The position numbers and the translations under genes are program-made. A stretch of 64,000 nucleotides of DNA from Octopus vulgaris (lineage: Eukaryota). Location: the NCBI GenBank assembly GCA_951406725.2, contig OX597822.1, positions 56,668,001-56,732,000 of the forward strand. The letters are read 5' to 3'. Shown piece by piece: positions 56,015-64,000 of this stretch. Every line of letters starts with the position of its first letter. The first letter of the stretch is position 1. The notes beneath the pieces were generated by a model. That model had not been told where the DNA came from. It saw nothing but the letters and a program-made list of their open reading frames with translations, and searched no databases.

Positions 56015-56784
56015 ACATACACGCATCCACGCACACACGCACGCGCACTACACAATACAGACGTATTTTTATACACACAAAATCATTATGTGTCTATATG
56101 TGTGTGTGTATACATATGTTTGTATATATATATATATATATATGCATGCATAATGAGTTTTGTGTGGATATTACGTGTATGTGAGCGCGAGCGTGTGTGT
56201 GCGTGCGTATGTACATGTTTGCGTGTGTTGGTCTGGTGGTGTTGTGGCTACATAAATGGGAAACAGATTAGTTTTGGGGTAAGAAATAATGAATTTACCA
56301 GGTTCAGCCTTGTAAATATGGAAACAAACTTACGCATGGTTTGAAACACCAACATATTATCTCAAAAGAAAATCCGCCAGTATCCCCACTATTAATTAAG
56401 TAAAACTTAGTGGTATTTCAAGCAACATGAGTTTTTTTGCAACCCTACCTTCCTATGTTAATAGCAATTCACTCTCTACAACGCGCTCGTGGCTGTGCGG
56501 CAAGAAGTTTGCTTCGTAACAACATGGTTCCGTGTTCATTCTCACTGTGCACGGCATCTTGAGCAACTGTCTTCCAATAAAGACCCGGGCCGACCAAAGT
56601 CTAGTGAGTGACGTAAACCAGTGCTACTCAACGTGGTGGTCCGCGAACTATCAGCTGCCGGAACGCGGCCAGTTTCCAGAAAAGGAAGAAACATTATAAA
56701 ATGCTTATGAATTATTTGTATTATTTTTGAATCATTTGTTTACAAAATAAATATAAGATAGAAAAATTGCCAACTTTTATTATA

Positions 56785-56823
<39 letters not shown>

Positions 56824-57109
56824 CTTCCGGTATGAATTAATATTACCGGTCCCTGGCACATCGGAAAAATAACTGCCGGTACGCCATATCGGATAGTAGT
56901 CCCTTATGTGTGTGTGTGTCTGTCTGTCTTTTGAAGAGTATAAATCTATCATTTTTAAAGAAAAATGTTGTTGACTGCGACTTCGATATTTCAGTCAGCT
57001 AGCCCATCGTCGGCTTACTTGGCTGAAACTTTGAAGTCACTATCAACAACATTCTTCTTTAAGAATAATAAATAAATACATACATGTATGTATGTATGTA
57101 TGTATGGAT

Positions 57110-57170
<61 letters not shown>

Positions 57171-57753
57171 ATGACAGATAGATAGATCTGGGCTGCAGTA
57201 TAGCGCCAGCCCAACGACAGAAAAAAAGTAAGATATATAAAGTTATAAATTTATAGGTAAGCTCATTATTTGTATTTTCAAATGTCATGTTTTCATCTGT
57301 TAGTTCACTGGAAAATATTTTCTCAACTTGGCATAATTCTAATATAGGAACAGGAATTGAAATTTTGTTGGGGATACTTCAATCCCAGTGCTAAACAGAT
57401 ATTTATTGCATCGAAATGGAAAGAATGAAAGGCAAAGACAACCTCGGCAGTAATTGAACTCAGCGAAAAGCCGATGAAATGCCACTAAGGGCTTTGTCCG
57501 GCATGCTAACGATTCCGTCTTCGTGCTCGTCTTTGACTTCGCATAATAATATGCAAAGTCTATTGTGATGGAATTTAAATATAGAATACAAAGAAATGTA
57601 AATAAAGGTTCGGTTATGTTTTTGTATCTAAAACGTCTCGTCGTTACCACAAGATATAGTGTTTTATGCTCTTGTCACGGGATGCACAATGCTTGGTGAG
57701 TGGAAAGTTTGCGCAGTTTTGGTGTATACACACACACACACACAAACACACAC

Positions 57754-57828
<75 letters not shown>

Positions 57829-57867
57829 TAAAGTGTATGTACACCGCTATATATATATATATATATA

Positions 57868-58528
57868 ACAAGAACGTAAAACATCCAGACAGTTAGGTGA
57901 TACAAAAAAGGGACAATAAAACATCCAGACAGACGATACAAAGAAAACAAGGACGAGTCATTTGGAGTTTTCTTTCCTTAGTCGAGTTCCAGATTATCTT
58001 TGCAATTTCGGCTGGTTATACTCGAGATTGCTCCAATCTGGCCAGCCCCAAAGAAAAACTAACCTAAGAGCATTAGATTCCTTGGAAGAAAGCAGCGAAT
58101 GGATACAAAGGCAAGGACGAAAAAAGGACAATATATAGCTGTAAGGCTTCATTTCCACAAGCGCCAGCTTAATTCAGTTCGTCCTTAGTCGAAAGACACC
58201 TGTTGTTATGTCCTGTTATTATTTTTATTGTATTTTTTATTTTGCATTTATATTTGTATAACATTGTCCATTTTTTCCGTCCTTGTTTTTGTATACATTC
58301 GCTGCTTTCTTCCAAGGAATCTAATGCTCTTAGCTTAGTTTTTCCTTGGGGCTGGCCAGATTGGAGCAATCTCAAGAATAATCAGTCGAAATTGCGAGGA
58401 TAATCTGGTGCTTCACCGAAGAAAGAATACTTCGAATGACACGTCCTTGTTTTCTTTGTATCGTCTATTTAGATGTTTTGTTGTCCCCTTTTGTATCACC
58501 TAGCTGTCCGGATTTTTTACGTTCTTGT
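57868..58528. repeat. Imperfect inverted repeat, arms about 265 bp (57868-58132 and 58263-58528), spacer about 130 bp, between (TA)n tracts
   Basis: Arms are colinear reverse complements with scattered substitutions. Confidence 0.88.
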
Positions 58529-58577
58529 CCCATTTTGTATTTTTCATATATATAGTGGCGTAGGTACAATTTGTTCT

Positions 58578-58641
<64 letters not shown>

Positions 58642-58646
<5 letters not shown>

Positions 58647-59910
58647 ACATCCCATAAATAATACATTTTTTATACCTCTTTTATTTTTCAAAATTAAGAT
58701 AAACAAAGTTCTTTCTTAATCTAAAATATACCCTTCTTCATTTTCTACAATGCTCTACTATCTATCTAGTAGACTTGCAAGGTCCCTTTTCAAAAATTCA
58801 CTTGTCCGTGTCGAAAAGTACTCCTCCAGTACTGTTCTGAACTCGTTTACAGAATTCATATATTTTCCGTACAAATGATTTAGAAGACTGCGGATTAAAT
58901 GATAATCAGATGAGACAATATTCGGCGAATATGGTGGGTGGGGCATCTTTTCCCATTCACACTGCTCCAGCCTTTGGAATGTTATCCTCACTGTATGTGG
59001 CCAAGCATTATCCTGATGGAAGAACACCTTTAGTCTTGAAACCAAAGATGGTCGGTTTTCTTCTGGCGCTGACTTAAGCCGCTCAAGCTGCTTGCAATAG
59101 ATCTCCTTTGTCATCGTTTGATTTGGGTTTAAAAGTTCAAAGTGGTCTAAACCATTCATATCCCATCAAACAGATAACAACACCTTACCTGGGTGAAGAC
59201 CTTCTTTAGCCTGGAGTACCGGTGTTTCTCCTTTGCCTACCCACTGTCTTCGGCACTGGACATTTTGATAGAGAACCCATTTGTCGTCAGCAGTCACTTA
59301 TTCAGTCAAAAAAAAAAAACGGTTCATTCGTGGGACGTAACAGTAATGAAGATCACACATTCACTCTCTTCTCGCGATTAGACTCGAAAAGTTTGTAAGA
59401 AATCCATTGACCCAATTTGCTAACTTTACTCATGGCACGCAGGTGTCGATGAATGACGAAAGCGTCTGTGCTACTTCCTCAACAGTTACGGTGGGATTTT
59501 GTTCCATCATGGTTTGCAGGACGCCCTCGTCGAGCTGTACAGCTCTTCCAGAACGAGGCTCGTCTGCTAGGCTGTAGTTTCCGGCTCAGAATTTCTGGAA
59601 CCACCGTTGACACTGGCTTACGCTTATTCTCCGATCTTTGTATACTGCATTAATATTCCTCGCATTTTCCGTTGTGTTGTTGCCATTATTGAACTCATAA
59701 AGCAAAATATGCCGAATATGCTCCTTTGTCACTTCCATTATAACTTTGAAAAAAATAACTGTTAAAATCGAACTGCACTCTTCAAAAATTTCACTAAGAA
59801 TAAGTACAAGTAACATTTCTACCTAAGTTGATGCAGGTAGTTCATTCTGTCTCCCACTGACTTTTGGTGCATGCAATTGAAAAAACCGCATTATTTATGG
59901 AATGATCCCA
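58642..59910 (-). mobile_element. Full-length but decayed mariner element
   Basis: TIRs GGGACATCCCATAAATAAT / ATTATTTATGGAATGATCCC; ATG at 59738 (MEVTKEHIRHILLYEF); HQDNAWPH and HPPYSPNIVSSDYHL motifs; frameshifts. Confidence 0.9.
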
Positions 59911-60949
59911 TGTATATGTATGTGTGTATGTGCGTGTGTGTACATATACATTTCATATACCTATATATGTACAGCACAACTAGGTACATAGATAGATTGA
60001 TAGACTCACACACTGCTCCCGATGGTCTTGATAGAGCGGAAGTGTGGTTAGTCGAAGAAATCTTTTCTTCCCCTTTAAAACTCCCTTTCTTCTTAGGACA
60101 GCCTTACATTTTTTATGATTTCCTCTTATGAACGCCTCCTGTAACGGGCTTTTTTTTACCTCGAAATCATCGTTCGGCATATCGTAGAAGTCTGAGACAT
60201 ACAGTCACACTAGTGTGCCTGCTCGGATCTTTTCAGTTTGACTGTCAAATTTCGAAAACTCAAAGTTTATTGAGAGACTTAAAATTTGGTGCATTAATGG
60301 TGTTTTCTAAGCTGAATCTCAGGAGATACTTCACTTTATCCATATTTTTCTTTTTAAGCTATAGAGGTTTAAAGTTTGATGATTTTCACCCGGTCAGAAA
60401 ATGGGATTTGGAAGCTGTCATTATCTGCGTGACAGTACGTGTCGTCAACCGTAAACAAATCAAATTCTGCTTTATGTACGCCATATAACCCCTAATAACT
60501 TTTTGGTATTTTGGGAATGTGTATTCTACACACAGGAATTCATGCGATGATCCAAAACTAAAACAAAAAAATTGTTGCGTCATTTAAGGCCTATTTGGCT
60601 TTTATATTTAGTATAAGATAGCAAGATTGTGTCGATTAGCTAAAATTAGCCAAACTTTTCAAATTTTAAAAGCTAATAACTCTTTATTGATTTATTGCGA
60701 AAATGAATTTCAAAGCAATGTTAAGCATATAAAATCATATGAGTAAACAGAATATGAAATCAGTTCGAGCCGGAATTGAAGAGAATGAAAATTGGCAGCC
60801 AAACAAAATTCGCCGGCACTTGTGAGTTTATGTTTTTGCCGGGGAAAAAAGATATATCTATATTTGTTTATGGTGGAAGGGAGTCGCCTAGACAACATTT
60901 TCATAGTTCTATAGTTCGTTCTGTTTTTATTATTTCTTTTTTTGTTTTG

Positions 60950-61003
<54 letters not shown>

Positions 61004-61039
61004 CTTTTTTTCTTTTTTCTTGCCGATTCGTGTTGCTAA

Positions 61040-61405
61040 TCTCTCTATATATAAAGCTGAAGTTGTCTGTGTATGGCAGGTTTGGAACTAACCCTATCTC
61101 CTCCGAGACCCTGCGGCGCAAGTTGACTAAAATTGAAAGTATGATAGAAGAAGGCTTGCTTTTCCTTCCGTAGAAGAAAAAATTCAAATCGGACCATGTT
61201 ACTACCAAAAATCATTTACATCAAAAAGGTGCTTTTTTCTATGAAAATCCCTATTTTTTTACGATTTTTTGACTACTGTGTCGCCATTTTTCGGTGTATT
61301 TCAACCAGAAAAATGTTCACTTAAAGAGAATAACAAGCTACGTAATGCAATTTTTTTACTTTTCAAAAATTCCAATTCTAAAGGGTCGAAACAAACCCGA
61401 GCAAC
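61040..61405 (+). mobile_element. Possible non-autonomous Helitron-like element, 3'-truncated
   Basis: Starts A|TCTCTCTATATATAAAG, typical of Helitron 5' ends; ends at AACCCGAGCAAC, like half of a subterminal hairpin; no CTRR terminus seen. Confidence 0.35.
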
Positions 61406-61620
61406 ATGAGTTTATTGCAATCCTCCGTTCCTTTGTTAACAGCAAATTACCATCAATAAACGCGGTCGTCTGGACAATCAGAAATTTGTTTCCTAACCAC
61501 TTGATACCGGGCTCATTTCCACTGTGTGACATCTTTGGCAACTGTCTTCCATAATAACCCGGGGCCGATCAAAGCCTTGTGAACGGGTATAGGAAACATA
61601 AGCTGAAAGAAGCCTATCAT

Positions 61621-61774
61621 ACAGACAGTCAGACAGACGGACGGACAGGCAGATAGACAGACGGACGGACAGACAAACAGGCGGACGGACGGACAGACAG
61701 ATGGACGGACGAAGGGATAGACAGACAGACGGACAGACGGACAGACATTTAGACAGACAGACAGACAGATAGAC

Positions 61775-61834
<60 letters not shown>
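61621..61834. repeat. Compound (GACA/GACG)n-(GATA)n tetranucleotide tract at the 3' end of the ORF1-only element
   Basis: Directly visible. Confidence 0.95.
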
Positions 61835-61835
<1 letters not shown>

Positions 61836-64000
61836 TGTTACTTTATTAGCCATACAGGGTTGCACACAGACGGGACAGATTACAAAGTAGAGCTTTTCTA
61901 TTTGGGGAGAAAAAAAAAGTAAGGGTAGGTTTTCGGTCATAAGGGATCGTAAAAAGGGGAAAACCGATCAATAGGGATCGTGTATCACAGAAATGTCATG
62001 ATGTAAAGTGTAAAGATGGAAGCAGATAGGTTTATTCGTGGAAGGAAAAGCCTATGGAAAAGACCACGGTAACCTCGGTCAATAATGTTACATGTTATCT
62101 CATTTGTTTGCAAGTAAGTAACCCTCTGTTTTAATTTTTCCGGGTTCATGGGATAAAGCTACTTTATTTCCTCGAATTGACCATGAAGGTTGTACATAGA
62201 TAAAGGTAGCTGTGGGCTGGACAGAGACATTAATGAGTATGAAAACGACAAAGATGGAAAAAAAATAATAATGGGAGGGGCACCGGCGCCCGCCGACCGA
62301 TAATCCCTCGAAATCATTGTTCAATTTAAATCAATATAAATCAAAATTATAATTTAAAAAATTGAAAAATTGAAATTACACATTACAAAAATATATTTTT
62401 CATTATTCTTCGTCTTCCTCATCCGGGCTTCCAAGTACGTTTGCTGCCGCCTGCAGGAAAGCCTGCATCGGCTGGCTCGGACCGAGGGAAACAAAATCTT
62501 CTTTGTTACAGGTCTTGCTGACCTCAATCAGTTCTTTCTGATTTATGACGTCCGCAGCCACCTGCGGAGGCCAGCTTGGACAGTCTATACAGTCGAGTCA
62601 TATCCCTTTCGGTCTAGTAGACTGTCCAAGTATAACTCCACAGGCCCTCCCTTGAGATAGAGAATGACAAACTCTTCCTCACAGAGAGGGATCTCATCCT
62701 GTTCTGTCAGTGGCACAGTTCCCACTAACAGAGCCTCTCGCTCCGGTGGCACACTTCCCACCGGTGGAACATCGGGTTCGTTCGACGGTACGGCGACATC
62801 CGCTGACCGTCTCCCGTTTTTCTTCTTCCTCTTTTTTCTTCTTTCGGTTGCGGGAGTCGGGGCCTCCGTCGGCACATCCGAGGGGTCCTCCTCCTTTCCC
62901 GCAACCTGCACGTCTACTGGTGAGCAACCACCGTTGCTCACCTTTCTCTTTCTTCTCGTTGAGGTCGACAACTCAACGACTTCCTCCGTTTCTCCCTGCA
63001 ATGGGCGAGCGGAGTGCACCTTCCCCTTTTCCTGCTCCGGAGCCTTATCACGGTTCCGGGGGCAGTCCTTCTTGACATGGCCTGACTCCCAGCACGAGTG
63101 ACACTTGGTGGGGAGGCGACCCTCCAAAATCACTGGATACCTGGAGCCAACCATCCTCAAAAAGTCGGGGTAGGTTTTTTTGCCTGCGGCCTCTGGGGTC
63201 CACAGAGTCAAAGTTGCTTTTGCACCCTCCCAGTTGACCGCAGGCGTCACTCTTACATTTAAGAGCCTGGACCTGCTATCCCCCAGGCCGCCTATCCAAT
63301 CCGCCTCTATGCCCGGGGGTAGCCCACATACACAGGCTCTTATCACCTTCCTCCCGTAATACAACGGGAGGAACAATATTTCTTTTCCCTCCAAAGGCTG
63401 ACTTGCAAAATTGCCAGCCTCCTCCCTGGTGTTGAACAGCAACCACACCGTTGCATGCCTGACGCCCCGGGATATATATTTTACAGGGGACAAATAGTAT
63501 TTTAGTTCTTTTTCAATGGTTTGTTTTGTGAAGACGGTGATGGTATCAAAAACTTTAGAGTAAGTTCTAACCACCACCGTCCTCTCCTCCATATCTTTTA
63601 ACCACTGCTTAGGCGGGTTAATTTGCCACTCCAAGACAGAGTTCTTTTTAAGTTCCTTCTCTGCCATGTCCCCCCCACAAAAAAAACAGATCAAAAGTAG
63701 TTCAAAAAACAGTCCGCCAAAAAATTAAAACCGAAAAAATAGAAGTAAAACAAAATAAAAGAGAAGGAAAGGAAACTGAAATTTAAATAATGAAAAGAAT
63801 TATCCAAAATTTAGAAAGAAAGAAAAAATAGAAGGTAAAAAAATAAAATAAAAACTTCACAAATAGAACAGACGGAGCCCTTTGTACAATACTCCAAAAG
63901 GTAATCCAATAGTCTGGGTTATTCTTGAAGTACTCCAGTTCGGAAAAATTTCACTTTTTCTAGCGAGATACGCCCACTAGAATTTACAAATTATTTGGCG
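61835..64000 (-). mobile_element. ORF1-only L1/Tx1-like retroelement, copy 3 (5' end uncertain or outside the window)
   Basis: Open ORF1, about 750 nt with no recognisable RT or endonuclease, then AACCCTGTATGGCTAATAAAGTAACA joined to (TATC)n. Confidence 0.7.
62585..63667 (-). CDS. Gag-like / LINE ORF1 nucleic-acid-binding protein with CCHC zinc knuckle (360 aa from first ATG)
   Basis: CHSCWESGHVKKDC (CX2CX4HX4C) preceded by VILEGR; RRM-like N-terminal region; basic tracts RRKRK and RRKKRKKK. Confidence 0.8.
   Translation of the reverse strand: MAEKELKKNSVLEWQINPPKQWLKDMEERTVVVRTYSKVFDTITVFTKQTIEKELKYYLSPVKYISRGVRHATVWLLFNTREEAGNFASQPLEGKEILFLPLYYGRKVIRACVCGLPPGIEADWIGGLGDSRSRLLNVRVTPAVNWEGAKATLTLWTPEAAGKKTYPDFLRMVGSRYPVILEGRLPTKCHSCWESGHVKKDCPRNRDKAPEQEKGKVHSARPLQGETEEVVELSTSTRRKRKVSNGGCSPVDVQVAGKEEDPSDVPTEAPTPATERRKKRKKKNGRRSADVAVPSNEPDVPPVGSVPPEREALLVGTVPLTEQDEIPLCEEEFVILYLKGGPVELYLDSLLDRKGYDSTV

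Overview
AT-rich, microsatellite-dense animal genomic DNA. The repeat families resemble those I recall from octopus/coleoid cephalopods; this is an inference, not a database result. The only host gene I can support is one large coding exon of an acetylcholinesterase-like cholinesterase (43332-44851, +), with an intact triad but an altered active-site gorge; its 3' exons were not found in the window. The rest is mobile DNA: tRNA-derived SINEs, decayed Tc1/mariner elements, an RTE-like fragment, and head-to-tail stacks of R4/Dong-type REL retrotransposons in (TAA)n tracts. Two things stand out. (1) About ten sequence-distinct minimal hammerhead-ribozyme motifs sit in short non-coding, mostly (TA)n-associated, often fold-back or partially tandem elements (Penelope/retrozyme-like); two independently show a U3:A8 covaried core, and one is sense-oriented in the cholinesterase intron. 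(2) A family of ORF1(gag)-only L1/Tx1-like elements: two lie in tandem at one repeated target motif inside a mariner 5' UTR, and their 3' end is shared with a SINE family. All calls were made by eye, and the boundaries of decayed repeats are approximate.
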